Below are positions 10,252-20,724 of a stretch of DNA of 64,000 nt, piece after piece. Both the position numbers and the translations under genes were made by a program. Below the pieces are notes generated by a model. The model saw nothing but the letters and a program-made list of their open reading frames with translations. It ran no database searches and was not told where the DNA came from. This DNA comes from Candidatus Oxydemutatoraceae bacterium (GTDB taxonomy: Bacteria > Pseudomonadota > Gammaproteobacteria > Poriferisulfidales > Oxydemutatoraceae): positions 1,836,769 to 1,900,768 of the forward strand of contig OZ244779.1 of assembly GCA_965219575.1 (NCBI GenBank), in the 5' to 3' direction. Numbering within the stretch: position 1 is the first letter of the stretch; each line of letters opens with the position of its first letter.

Positions 10252-10601
10252 GGGGCTGTTGAAAAAGTGCCGGCATTGCACAAAACTTGTGCAGACACGA
10301 CGGGGCTGTTGAAAAAGTATCGTCAGCGTGCAACCGTGTAACCGCTTGCGTCGTGAATTTATAATAACCACCAAGCCGTAGGGGCAGACCTGTGTGTCTG
10401 CCCTTAAGTGCCGTTCTGCACGACACCAACCGCTTGCGCCAACAAATAATGGTTTCCATAAATTGGGTGGATGAATGTATAAATCATGCAGGCGCAACGC
10501 GTTACGGGTAGAACAGAGCCGCCGATTGAGCCAGTAGGTCAATCGGCAATTTAATTTTAGTCCGCCCCTACCACTCTGTAAAATACTTTTTCAACAGCCC
10601 C
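10252..10601. repeat. MITE-like composite repeat, copy C (nested second end at 10302)
   Basis: GGGGCTGTTGAAAAAGT at 10252 and 10302; ACTTTTTCAACAGCCCC ending at 10601; internal REP-like GTAGGGGCAGACCTGTGTGTCTGCCC and a GCCGATTGA hairpin. Confidence 0.88.
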
Positions 10602-10634
10602 ACGCCACAACCACCGATTGCGCTTGCGCCCTTT

Positions 10635-11873
10635 CTACAAACAAGTAACAGGAATTTGAATAATCCTCTCGGCAAGAAGTTTTATTTCTCTAGCATTGTT
10701 GACCACAACGCCGTAAGGAAGCCGATGATCTTTGATAAATTTCCGTAAAGAAGAAAGCTGCTTCAAGGTGGTGGTCGTGCCTAATTTGATCTCAACGGGT
10801 AAAACACCGAAAGTACCCTCTAGTACAAGGTCTATTTCTACCCCACCTCTAGTACGATAGTAGTAGTAATCGAAGTGTAAAGGTCCTAGAGCTTGAATAC
10901 CTTTCAATACCTCCTCGATAACAAAACTTTCAAAGTTTAGACCGACCGAGGGATGTTTCAACAATCTATCTTTTGTTTCAATACCCAATAGATAGTGAAC
11001 TAGGCCTAAGTCTCTAAAAATTCCTTTGGGCATTTTCACGACCGATTTGGATTTGGATTTTTCGTAAGACGGCACCTTGCGCCATAGGAAAGTTTTATCG
11101 ATGATTTCGAGGTAATCTCTCACGCTCACTTCGGAACAGTCAATCGCACGTCCTAACTGCGCTTTGTTGATAATCGTCCCCGACAAGCTGCTTAACATTT
11201 CAATAAAACGTCTGTACTTTAGCGTATCAATTTTGGGGAAAAGTTTTTTAATGTCCCTGTTGATGTACGTTTGATAATAGTTTTCCATCCACGCTCGATG
11301 AAATTCCATATTATCGGACCTAACAATTTCCGGGTAGCCGCCCTTTAATAGTCCTTTCCAAATATCGGTTCTAGAAAACACCCCATCGCTTAAAAAAGCA
11401 AGGTCATCCTCGTGATCGAGCGGCTTCGTGAATATCCGGTAAAAGTCGGGCAACGGCTTATGAAGAATCTCATTGGTTTTTAGGGTTCCCAACTCTACGA
11501 TCCCTACTCTGCCGGCTAAGGTGTCGGAAACACTTTTAAGGAGATCCGGAGAACTTGAGCCGGTGAGCAGAAAACGTCCTTTCTTTTGTCTATCGCTATC
11601 TACAACAGATCTAAGTTCCTTGAATAGTTGCGGATACTCTTGTACTTCATCGATGATTAAATGGTCTTTGTGCTCTTGAAAGAAAAAGTCTATATCTCTG
11701 GTTATATAATCAAAATCTTTACCCTTTTCAAGATCAAAGTATTTCCAGCCGGGCGCACATTTTTTAGCCAGCGTGGTTTTACCTACCTGCCTAGACCCTA
11801 CGATTAGGACTACGGGAAAAAACGATAATAGCTTATCGATATTCTGTTCTACATTCCTTTTTATATATGTCAT
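10635..11873 (-). CDS. AAA_14 + DUF4143 ATP-binding protein
   Basis: GSRQVGKTT Walker A, IIDEVQ, LTGSS, LAGR, GGYPE, EIDLV...PVEIK. Confidence 0.9.
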   Translation of the reverse strand: MTYIKRNVEQNIDKLLSFFPVVLIVGSRQVGKTTLAKKCAPGWKYFDLEKGKDFDYITRDIDFFFQEHKDHLIIDEVQEYPQLFKELRSVVDSDRQKKGRFLLTGSSSPDLLKSVSDTLAGRVGIVELGTLKTNEILHKPLPDFYRIFTKPLDHEDDLAFLSDGVFSRTDIWKGLLKGGYPEIVRSDNMEFHRAWMENYYQTYINRDIKKLFPKIDTLKYRRFIEMLSSLSGTIINKAQLGRAIDCSEVSVRDYLEIIDKTFLWRKVPSYEKSKSKSVVKMPKGIFRDLGLVHYLLGIETKDRLLKHPSVGLNFESFVIEEVLKGIQALGPLHFDYYYYRTRGGVEIDLVLEGTFGVLPVEIKLGTTTTLKQLSSLRKFIKDHRLPYGVVVNNAREIKLLAERIIQIPVTCL

Positions 11874-11918
11874 ATCCTAATTGTACACTAGGATTTTACA
11901 TATCAAATAATGGTGAGT

Positions 11919-12896
11919 CTAACGGCAATCTATTAAGATACGCCCCTGCACTCGCCTGCTCAGCAGTCGTTCAAAGCACATCGGCAATTCTTCCGGCTTG
12001 ACAAGGTCGCAAAGCATCGCTTGTGCTAAAGTGGGCAGATATTTATCGCCTAGACTTTGCCAAATTTTCCGTTTCAGCGGCATCGGACAATTCGCCGAAG
12101 TTACGCCGAGTAGGTTGATGCCGCGGATAATCAGCGGCATCACGTTGAGATTCACTTCCGACGATTCGGCCAAACCCACACTCACTACATTGCCGCCGTT
12201 TCGGATGGCCTTTAGCAAGTTTGCCAGCGTGTTGCCACCTAGATTGTCTATCGCACCGCCCCATGTCGCTTTGGCCAATGCGCCGTCCACCGGACTAATC
12301 GCGCCGATGATTTTGGCGGCACCCAAACTCTTTAAGTACTCGTCGGCTTGCCGTTTATGGGTTGCCGCAACCGCTTCAAAGCCTAGTCGGTTGAGAAAAT
12401 GCACGGCAAAACTTCCGACACCACCGCTCGCGCCGGTCACGACAACCGCGCCCAACTCGGGTGATTGGTCGTTTTGTAGCATGCGCTCCAAACTCAGTGC
12501 TGCGGTAAAACCGGCGGTGCCTATAATCATCGCAGTGCGCAAATCCAATCGTGACGGTACGGGAATGAGTATGTCGGCAGGCACGATTGCATAAGGCGCA
12601 TAACCACCGTCGTATATCTCTCCTAAACCACTGCCGGTTGCCAACACTTCGTCGCCCTTTTTGAATTCCGACACTGTGCTCTGCTCAACCACACCTGCCA
12701 AATCTATGCCCCCCGTCAATACTTCTTTTTTAATAATCGGTGCGCGACCGGTGGCGGCTATGGCATCCTTATAATTAACCCCCGAATAATGAACTTTAAC
12801 TAAAACTTGACCTGCTTGAGGTTCGCCTATCTGCACGGTCTCGAAGCCGGCACGAAACGGTTTTTTATGGATACGAAAGGCTCGGCAACTTATCAT
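11919..12896 (-). CDS. acuI: YhdH/AcuI-family acrylyl-CoA reductase (MDR)
   Basis: SGVNYKD, GIDLAG, GTAGFTAAL, VTGASGGVGS; start MISCR overlaps the purK stop. Confidence 0.8.
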   Translation of the reverse strand: MISCRAFRIHKKPFRAGFETVQIGEPQAGQVLVKVHYSGVNYKDAIAATGRAPIIKKEVLTGGIDLAGVVEQSTVSEFKKGDEVLATGSGLGEIYDGGYAPYAIVPADILIPVPSRLDLRTAMIIGTAGFTAALSLERMLQNDQSPELGAVVVTGASGGVGSFAVHFLNRLGFEAVAATHKRQADEYLKSLGAAKIIGAISPVDGALAKATWGGAIDNLGGNTLANLLKAIRNGGNVVSVGLAESSEVNLNVMPLIIRGINLLGVTSANCPMPLKRKIWQSLGDKYLPTLAQAMLCDLVKPEELPMCFERLLSRRVQGRILIDCR

Positions 12897-14062
12897 CGCA
12901 ACGCACCCTCTTGCAATGCTCGGTGATATTGCTCGGCACAATCCTGTAATGCGTTGGGATCGGTATCGAAGTCCTCACCCAACAAACAAAAATGTCCCAT
13001 TTTTCTACCACTACGCGAGTGCCGCTTACCGTATAAGTGTAACCGTAATCTCGGGTCTTTTAATAAAATATCCCACTGCGGCTCTCCGTTTTTCCATAAA
13101 TCACCGAGTAGGTTGACCATCACCACCGGCACTAACAGTTGCGTGTCGGATGCCGGCAAGTCACACATCATTCTCACTTGCTGATCAAACTGCGAACTTA
13201 GGCAAGCATCCAGAGTGTAATGTCCGGTATTGTGCGGACGCGGCGCAATTTCATTGACGAACAATTCTCCGCCCTGCTCGGTATCTGTAACGAAAAACTC
13301 AACGGCTAAGATACCTTGATATTGCAGTGCGTCGGCTATGCGCCGAGCATCGTTGCGGGCTTGTGCCTGCAGAGCCTCATCTACACTCGCCGGCACTCGG
13401 GATAGATGCAATATACCGTTTCTATGTATGTTCTCGGCAACCGGGAAAAATGTGCATATCCCCTGTTGCGAGCGTGCCAGCACCACCGAAATCTCGCTCG
13501 CAAGCCGCAAACGGCTTTCGGCAACGCACGGCACTCGCTTCATCTCGTCGAATGCCGAATTAGCCTGCGCAACGCTATCAACCACGCTTTGACCTTTGCC
13601 GTCATAACCCAGACGCGCGGTCTTTAATACCAGCGGAGACGACAAATGCTCGAACGCCTCGCCTATATCGGTAGCGCAATGCACCGGATAGAAGGGCGTG
13701 GTTGCGACACCGGCATCTGTGATAAAGGTTTTTTCGGTGATACGGTCTTGGGCGATGTCTAAGGCATGTGCGGAAGGTCTGGTCGGCAGATCGTGTTTTT
13801 CCAAATGTTCGATAAGTTGCACCGGAACATTCTCGAACTCCAGAGTCGCAGCGTCGCATTCTCGCGCAAACCGTGAACATGCCGTATCGTCGGAAAATGG
13901 TTGCTTGATGTGTAGGTCGGCACTACGCCCGGCGGGACTATCGTCGGACGGATCCCAAACAACACAACGATAGCCCATCGTATGTGCGCTGTTGACGAAC
14001 ATCAGACCTAATTGTCCACCGCCCAGTACTCCTAAGGTTGCGCCGGGGGCTAAGCTATTCAT
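12893..14062 (-). CDS. purK: N5-carboxyaminoimidazole ribonucleotide synthase
   Basis: GGGQLG, EFENV, GYDGKGQ, NEIAPRPHNTGH, RKMGH. Confidence 0.96.
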   Translation of the reverse strand: MNSLAPGATLGVLGGGQLGLMFVNSAHTMGYRCVVWDPSDDSPAGRSADLHIKQPFSDDTACSRFARECDAATLEFENVPVQLIEHLEKHDLPTRPSAHALDIAQDRITEKTFITDAGVATTPFYPVHCATDIGEAFEHLSSPLVLKTARLGYDGKGQSVVDSVAQANSAFDEMKRVPCVAESRLRLASEISVVLARSQQGICTFFPVAENIHRNGILHLSRVPASVDEALQAQARNDARRIADALQYQGILAVEFFVTDTEQGGELFVNEIAPRPHNTGHYTLDACLSSQFDQQVRMMCDLPASDTQLLVPVVMVNLLGDLWKNGEPQWDILLKDPRLRLHLYGKRHSRSGRKMGHFCLLGEDFDTDPNALQDCAEQYHRALQEGALR

Positions 14063-14069
14063 CTCGAAC

Positions 14070-14579
14070 TTAAGGTTCTAGGGTGCTGTTATGCACAGCC
14101 TGTTGCTGCGCTTGTCCGAAATCTTCTAGGGCTTTTTGTAGCGACCGAGAATGTGTTGCGAGCATCCGACAAGCAAATAAAGCGGCATTTGCCGCACCCG
14201 CTTCACCGATCGCAAAAGTTGCAACCGGCACGCCTTTGGGCATCTGCACGATGGATAGCAAGGAATCTTGTCCTTTCAAATGCGCAGTGGGTATAGGCAC
14301 GCCCAATACCGGTAGCGTGGTTAACGACGCAATCATTCCCGGTAAGTGGGCAGCTCCGCCGGCACCGGCAATAATGCACTGCAATCCACGCGACTCGGCA
14401 CTTTGTGCGTATCGATACATCAGCTCCGGTGTGCGGTGCGCCGATACGACTTTCTTTTCGAAATGCACAGCGAAGCGTGCCAACATCTCGGCAGCACACC
14501 GCATTACCGGCCAGTCGCTTTGGCTACCCATCACGATGCCCACGAGTGTATCATCGGCAGATATATTTTCAGCTGACAT
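14070..14579 (-). CDS. purE: N5-CAIR mutase
   Basis: [35 protein letters not shown]. Confidence 0.97.
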   Translation of the reverse strand: MSAENISADDTLVGIVMGSQSDWPVMRCAAEMLARFAVHFEKKVVSAHRTPELMYRYAQSAESRGLQCIIAGAGGAAHLPGMIASLTTLPVLGVPIPTAHLKGQDSLLSIVQMPKGVPVATFAIGEAGAANAALFACRMLATHSRSLQKALEDFGQAQQQAVHNSTLEP

Positions 14580-14609
14580 GGTATTGATAATCCGATAAAG
14601 ATTTGTATT

Positions 14610-16712
14610 CTAACTGCTTTTGCCGAAACTTTTCAATACGAATGCGTACTTGAACGCAATTTCTTTTAGATAATCGAAACGTCCGGCAGCACCGGCGTGT
14701 CCCTTGCCCATATCCACCTTTAACAACAAACAACGATTGTCTTTCTTATACGCACGCAGTTTTGCGACCCATTTGGCAGGCTCCCAATAGCCGACGCGCG
14801 GGTCGCTCAATCCCGCCGTCACCAACATGTCGGGGTAAGATTGGCGTTTAACCTGATCGTAGGGGGAATACGATTTTATATAGCGGTAGAGTTCGTAATC
14901 GTCTATGGGGTTGCCCCATTCTTGCCATTCCGGAGGAGTCAGCGGCAAGTTGGCATCGCACATCGTATTCAGCACATCGACGAAAGGCACTTCGGCAAGT
15001 GCCGTATTGAACAGTTCGGGGGCGGTATTGATTGCATTGCCGATCGTCATACCGCCTGCCGAGCCGCCGTGTATCGCAATGCCACCGCGATAACCGAGCT
15101 TCTGCTCTATCAAATAATCGGCACACGCGATGAAATCGTTGAAAGTATTCTTCTTTTGCTTGAATTTTGCGGTTTTATACCACGCGTAGCCTTTCTCCGT
15201 ACCGCCGCGGATATGGGCAATCGCATAAATAAACCCTCTGTCAATCAAAGACAAACGATGTGTAGAAAAAGCTGCCGGCATCGGGTATCCGTATGCACCG
15301 TAAGCATAAAGCAACAACGGCGCGCTACCGTCGAGCGGGGTGCTGTTGAGATAGACTATGCTGATCGGAATATCCACACCGTCGTCGCCACGTGCATGAA
15401 GCTGTCGTGTGCTATAACGGCTTGCGTCATAACCACTCGGTAGTCGTTGCGCTTTGCGCAGTGTGCGTCGGTGACTTTGCATATCGTAATCGTAGATGCA
15501 ACGCGGTGTCTTCGGCGAACTATACTTAAGACGAAGTATCCGACTATCGTATTCAAAAATATCTACCAAATCGGCTTCGTAGCACGGTTCGTCAAAGTGG
15601 ATATATTGCGTTTGCACCTGCGAAAATTGATTGACTATCGAGGTGGGTATCAGTGCAATATGCGTTGCGGCATCGCATCGTTCCAGACACACCAAGTAAT
15701 CCTTGAACACCATAAAACCTTCCAATAGTACGCCGAGTTCGGGAATGTAGATGTCGTGCCAAACAGCCGGCTTGTCTATATCGGCAACCGAGAGCTTGAA
15801 GTTTTCGGCACCCGCAGCGTTGTTATAAATAAGCAATTTTCCGCAACACTCCTCGGTCTTATATTCGGTATTCAATTCGCGCCGGCGTACCAACTCGGGT
15901 GCTTGCCCGGGTGCATCGGCGGGAATTATCCAATCCTCCGATGTCGTATGGTCGTAGCTATGTATCACGATAAAACGGCGAGAGCGGGTATGATACAAAT
16001 CGATGAAAAAACCCGGATCTTTTTCTTTGTATACCGACACGGTTTTATCGGGTGCATCGTCTATGCAGTAACAAAACACCGAATCGGGACGGTGGACATC
16101 GTTCAGCTTGACATAAAACAGATGACGGCTATCGGCAGACCAAACCAAGTCGCCGTGCAAGCGGTCGAATAATCGCCGCACCGGCATATCGCCATGCGTG
16201 TTGCGTAGATACAGCGTATAACATTCGGATCCGTTATCGTCTACGCAATAGGCTATATAGCGATGGTCGGGACTATGACTAAAACCGACGACTTGGAAAT
16301 AGTCCGACCCTTCGGCTGCGCGATTGACATCCAGCAACACCTCTTCGGTTTGATCGGCAAGCAGGCGACGGTTATAAATCGGATACTGTTTGCCTTCGTG
16401 ATAGCGTAAATAATACTCGTAATTCCCGTCTTTATCGGGTACCGATCGGTCTTCTTCCTGAATACGCCCTCGCAACTCCTCATAAAGGTTTTGCTGCAAA
16501 TCTTCGCTGTCTTTCATCATCGCTTCGGTATAAGCGTTCTCGGCTTCCAGATAACGACGTATTTCGGGTTCCAGTTTAGTCGAGTCGGTCAACATTTGTT
16601 GCCAATGCCGGCTACGCAACCAGGCATATTCATCGACCCGAACATCGTCGTGATTACAAAACTCGGTAGGAATACGATCGGCGACGGGCGCAATAAGAGG
16701 TTCTTCGTGCAT
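14610..16712 (-). CDS. ptrB: Oligopeptidase B (S9A)
   Basis: GGSAGG, VPFVDV, EWQEWGNP, DPRVGYWEPAKW, GHAG. Confidence 0.93.
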   Translation of the reverse strand: MHEEPLIAPVADRIPTEFCNHDDVRVDEYAWLRSRHWQQMLTDSTKLEPEIRRYLEAENAYTEAMMKDSEDLQQNLYEELRGRIQEEDRSVPDKDGNYEYYLRYHEGKQYPIYNRRLLADQTEEVLLDVNRAAEGSDYFQVVGFSHSPDHRYIAYCVDDNGSECYTLYLRNTHGDMPVRRLFDRLHGDLVWSADSRHLFYVKLNDVHRPDSVFCYCIDDAPDKTVSVYKEKDPGFFIDLYHTRSRRFIVIHSYDHTTSEDWIIPADAPGQAPELVRRRELNTEYKTEECCGKLLIYNNAAGAENFKLSVADIDKPAVWHDIYIPELGVLLEGFMVFKDYLVCLERCDAATHIALIPTSIVNQFSQVQTQYIHFDEPCYEADLVDIFEYDSRILRLKYSSPKTPRCIYDYDMQSHRRTLRKAQRLPSGYDASRYSTRQLHARGDDGVDIPISIVYLNSTPLDGSAPLLLYAYGAYGYPMPAAFSTHRLSLIDRGFIYAIAHIRGGTEKGYAWYKTAKFKQKKNTFNDFIACADYLIEQKLGYRGGIAIHGGSAGGMTIGNAINTAPELFNTALAEVPFVDVLNTMCDANLPLTPPEWQEWGNPIDDYELYRYIKSYSPYDQVKRQSYPDMLVTAGLSDPRVGYWEPAKWVAKLRAYKKDNRCLLLKVDMGKGHAGAAGRFDYLKEIAFKYAFVLKSFGKSS

Positions 16713-16813
16713 GTTTTTGATTTACGGTATTAACCGATATAGATAGAGTGGCTGCCTGTTGGTTTTGATATATAAAATATTTTTAATGGCCTTATGCAAT
16801 CGCAATAGACCAC

Positions 16814-17074
16814 TTATTTTATCGATAACAATGCAAACATAATGCCGACCAGACTAACAATGATGCCGGCAAAACCAATGCCGATAATGGTGTTTGCAAT
16901 GATATTATCTTTTTTAATTTGGTCCAATTTTTCGAGTACCAACTGAATACCATTCGATACTTGGCTATCAACCGCACGCGCAGTGGTCTCGGCTTGAACT
17001 CGTGACATGCCTGCTTGTTCCAGTTTATGCATAGTATTGAACACCTCTTCGCTTGAATTAAATGGCTTAGACAT
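16814..17074 (-). CDS. Small protein with coiled segment and C-terminal TM helix (DUF1640/CCDC90-like)
   Basis: LEQAGMSRVQAE motif; hydrophobic C-terminus; SD AGGAG upstream. Confidence 0.6.
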   Translation of the reverse strand: MSKPFNSSEEVFNTMHKLEQAGMSRVQAETTARAVDSQVSNGIQLVLEKLDQIKKDNIIANTIIGIGFAGIIVSLVGIMFALLSIK

Positions 17075-17221
17075 TATTATCTCCTATTGCTTAAAAATTG
17101 TAAATAGTGCGTGCGCACGCGACCTTATTCGCAATATTAGCCGATATGAAAACCCGAGAATTCGTTATCCGACGAACGGTCGTATTTTGGTATATAAAAG
17201 GTATCCGACGGTTGGGTTGTA

Positions 17222-17737
17222 CTAAAAAGGTTGTTCTTTGAGGGTCGTATAGTGTGCGCTTTCCGAACTCAGTTCCGAGCGTTCTACATGAAGCGAGCGA
17301 ACATGCCATTGCACGGTGGTATCGAGAGGTTCACAAAACGGTGGTGTGGCTACTCCTCTGTAGAGGGTGACATGAGGCTTGAAGGTGCGCGGGGTTTTGA
17401 ATCGGCACGGTGATAGTGCTTTGCATAGTTGTTTGTGCAGAGATAATAATTCTATCGGTATGATGTTCGGTGCTATATAAAAAATGCGGTGGCGTTCGAA
17501 GTATCCGAATTCTCCGAGCGTCATATCGAATGCACCGATATCGATGTTCGTAATTTTATCCAGTACGCATTGTTTGCGTTCGGAGTCGCAATCACCGAGA
17601 AAAGCCAAAGTCAGATGTAGGCTCCGGGGTGGCATCATCCTACCGCTCACAAGCACTTTTCGTTGTATCCTAATTAAGTTTTTGCAAGTTTCTGCGTCGG
17701 GGCACAAAGCAATGAAGATACGCTCTTTACTCGCCAT
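17222..17737 (-). CDS. thpR: RNA 2',3'-cyclic phosphodiesterase (2H)
   Basis: RIFIAL, HLTLAFLG and PHVTL motifs. Confidence 0.9.
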   Translation of the reverse strand: MASKERIFIALCPDAETCKNLIRIQRKVLVSGRMMPPRSLHLTLAFLGDCDSERKQCVLDKITNIDIGAFDMTLGEFGYFERHRIFYIAPNIIPIELLSLHKQLCKALSPCRFKTPRTFKPHVTLYRGVATPPFCEPLDTTVQWHVRSLHVERSELSSESAHYTTLKEQPF

Positions 17738-17746
17738 ACGATACGC

Positions 17747-18727
17747 TCACGAAAACCGATCAAAAATATGGTCGGCTAAGGCACCGTGTTCGAGCAAAGC
17801 GGATTTCATAGAATCCGAAAGTTCGGAGGGTAGGCATAAATAAAAATCGGTATCCAAAAGTTGCGGGTGGTCGCCGGTAATCTGTTGTATCCAGTCGGCA
17901 ACGCACGATGGGTCATCGCTTGCATCGGTCAATATCGAATATTCTAGTTGGTCTAAGGCATCGCGCCATGCGAAACATAAGTTTTCCATATAAATCGGTA
18001 GCTCAAAACTTGTTCTATACAGATGTATCGGCACTTCGCTTTCTTGCGCGACGATATGCTCTATCAGGCTTTTGGTTTCGGCAAAACCTGTGTCGCAGGC
18101 TATCAAAACCATCGGTCTTTCTAGATCCTCGCTGAAACTAAAGCATCCATAAGGTCCCTCTACATCGAACCATTCTCCGAGACGGTATTGTTCGCATAAG
18201 TTACGCGGTGCCTCATTATCGCCGCACTGTATATGAAATTCCAGTTCGGTCGCATCGCAAGGGCAACTGGCGATAGACAGATACCGATTACCGTAATCCC
18301 GATGTTTTAAGACAACCGACTGCCCGGCCATAAATCTAAGACGGTGGCTACGCGCAACCCGCATACGCACCACTACGAGTTGTTCGGTTATTTTATCTAC
18401 CTTGGATAACTTGGCGCGGAAACTTTGAAACGGTATGTGTATGCTACTATCGGCAATCTCGGCTTCTACGGTGATATCGCTTATCGGTGTATGCGAACAC
18501 ATCAAAAAATAATTTTGCGCTTTCAGGTTCTCGGCAAATACATAATCGGAGTCCTTGATTCTATCTATTTCACCTTTGATCAGGCGCGCCGAACACAAAC
18601 CGCAATTGCCGTTATTGCAACCGTAAGCAACATTCAAACCCGCTTTGAGTGCGGCCTCGAGTATTGCTTCGCCGTGTTCTAAGACAAATCGTTTGCCGTC
18701 GGCTTCCAGTAAAACTTCAAAAGACAT
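17747..18727 (-). CDS. 2Fe-2S/FAD/NAD-binding oxidoreductase
   Basis: CNNGNCGLC...C ferredoxin domain, RYLSIAS, EGPYG. Confidence 0.85.
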   Translation of the reverse strand: MSFEVLLEADGKRFVLEHGEAILEAALKAGLNVAYGCNNGNCGLCSARLIKGEIDRIKDSDYVFAENLKAQNYFLMCSHTPISDITVEAEIADSSIHIPFQSFRAKLSKVDKITEQLVVVRMRVARSHRLRFMAGQSVVLKHRDYGNRYLSIASCPCDATELEFHIQCGDNEAPRNLCEQYRLGEWFDVEGPYGCFSFSEDLERPMVLIACDTGFAETKSLIEHIVAQESEVPIHLYRTSFELPIYMENLCFAWRDALDQLEYSILTDASDDPSCVADWIQQITGDHPQLLDTDFYLCLPSELSDSMKSALLEHGALADHIFDRFS

Positions 18728-18763
18728 GGGAATGTGCCGATATTGTATTTGTGTAGCCCTGCA

Positions 18764-19408
18764 TCAATCGAGTATTTGCATAATTTTCTCTTGTACCGCC
18801 GCAATGCTCAGGGTACCGTCTACCGCGTTATACACTACGCGATGCGAATCGGCTTGCCGGGAATAATACGCAACCAACGGAGCTGTCTGGCGATGATAAT
18901 TTTGCAGACGTTGGCCGACAACCTCGGGTTTGTCGTCTTCTCGTTGTATTAATTCCTCGCCGCTGAGGTCGTCTTTGCCCGGTTGCATCGGGGGTTGGTA
19001 TTTTATATGGTATGTACGCCCCGACGCTCGATGTATACGACGACCGCCGATGCGCTCTATGATAACTTCGTCGGCAACCGCTATTTCGATCACATACTCT
19101 ACGGCGATGCCGTGTGCATCCAGTGCTTGTGCTTGAGCGAAGGTGCGCGGAAAGCCGTCGAATAAAAATCCCGCTTCGCAATCGGGACCGGCAACCCGTG
19201 TCTTGACCAAATCTATAATCAGACTATCCGGCACCAAATCACCGGCGGTCATATAGGCTTCGGCTTGCAGTCCTAATTCGGTACGACCGCTCACCGCTTC
19301 GCGCAACATATCTCCGGTAGAAATTTGTGGTATCCTATACCGCTTACATATAAATTGCGCTTGTGTGCCTTTGCCGGCACCCGGCGCACCTAATAAAATG
19401 ACTCTCAT
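18764..19408 (-). CDS. adk: Adenylate kinase
   Basis: [23 protein letters not shown]. Confidence 0.97.
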   Translation of the reverse strand: MRVILLGAPGAGKGTQAQFICKRYRIPQISTGDMLREAVSGRTELGLQAEAYMTAGDLVPDSLIIDLVKTRVAGPDCEAGFLFDGFPRTFAQAQALDAHGIAVEYVIEIAVADEVIIERIGGRRIHRASGRTYHIKYQPPMQPGKDDLSGEELIQREDDKPEVVGQRLQNYHRQTAPLVAYYSRQADSHRVVYNAVDGTLSIAAVQEKIMQILD

Positions 19409-19458
19409 AATAAGTTTAACCGAAAATAAAAATTAAAAGATAGCATTATAATAGAACA

Positions 19459-20721
19459 ATGAGTAAAGCAAACATTCTTTACGCACAGTCCGGAGGGGCA
19501 ACAGCCGTTATCAACGCGACCGCCTGCGGATTAATAGAAACCGCCCGAAGCTACTCCGATAAGATAGACAAAGTATATGCTGCGCACAACGGTATACTCG
19601 GCGTTCTCAACGAAGAGTTGATCAACACCGGTAATGAAAGCGATAAAAGCATTATGGCTTTGAAACATACACCGGGAAGTGCCTTCGGTACTTGCCGCTA
19701 TAAACTTAAAGGAATAGAGGAGGATAAAGCACAATATCAAAGATTGATTGAAGTGTTCAAAGCGCATGATATCCGCTATTTCTTTTATAACGGTGGGGGA
19801 GATTCGCAAGATACCAGTCTTAAAATCTCTCAAATCGGGCAATCTTTCGGCTATCCTATAAACTGTATCGGTATACCCAAGACCATAGATAACGATTTAC
19901 CGCTCACCGATTGCTGTCCGGGATTCGGAAGTGTTGCAAAATATATCGCAACCTCGGTACGAGAAACTGCGCTCGATGTCGCCGGGATGGCTTCTACTTC
20001 AACCAAGGTGTTCGTTTTGGAAGTAATGGGCAGACACGCCGGTTGGATTGCAGCGGCATCCGGACTTGCACGCTCCTCCCAGCGAGATGCGCCACACTTG
20101 ATTTTACTCCCCGAAGTGCCGTGGCACGAATCAAGAGCTCTGGCAAAAATTAAGCGACAAGTTGAATACAGAGGTTATTGCGTGGTTGTCGCATCGGAAG
20201 GATTAAGAGATAGAGAAGGTAGATTCCTCTCCGAAAGTGGTACGCACGATGCTTTCGGACATGCACAGTTAGGTGGCGTAGCACCTTTGATTGCAAAAAT
20301 CGTCAAAAATAAGCTGGGGTACAAATGCCATTGGGCGGTATCCGACTATCTGCAACGCTCGGCGCGTCATATTGCGTCTCGTACCGATGTGGAACAGGCT
20401 TATACATTGGGACGGCAAGCGATAGAATTCGCACTTGCCGGGCATAATGCGGTGATGTTGACCATCGTTAGGTTGTCGGACAAACCGTACCTATGGAAAG
20501 TCGGTTCGGTCGATCTGAGTAAAGTTGCCAACCGTGAATACACTCTGCCCAGAGAATACATAAGCAAAGACGGCCTTAGTACTACGGCTGCTTGCGATAA
20601 CTACATACGCCCGTTGATAGACGGCGAGGATTATCCTCCTTATGAAAAAGGCCTGCCGAAGTATGTAAAAATGAAAAAAGGCATGATCACCAAACGTTTG
20701 GAAAAATTTGAGATTACTTAA
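19459..20721 (+). CDS. pfp: 6-phosphofructokinase, probably PPi-dependent
   Basis: QSGG, GGGDS (Asp at the ATP/PPi-determining position), PKTIDND, EVMGRHAGW. Confidence 0.88.
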   Translation: MSKANILYAQSGGATAVINATACGLIETARSYSDKIDKVYAAHNGILGVLNEELINTGNESDKSIMALKHTPGSAFGTCRYKLKGIEEDKAQYQRLIEVFKAHDIRYFFYNGGGDSQDTSLKISQIGQSFGYPINCIGIPKTIDNDLPLTDCCPGFGSVAKYIATSVRETALDVAGMASTSTKVFVLEVMGRHAGWIAAASGLARSSQRDAPHLILLPEVPWHESRALAKIKRQVEYRGYCVVVASEGLRDREGRFLSESGTHDAFGHAQLGGVAPLIAKIVKNKLGYKCHWAVSDYLQRSARHIASRTDVEQAYTLGRQAIEFALAGHNAVMLTIVRLSDKPYLWKVGSVDLSKVANREYTLPREYISKDGLSTTAACDNYIRPLIDGEDYPPYEKGLPKYVKMKKGMITKRLEKFEIT

Positions 20722-20724
20722 ACT

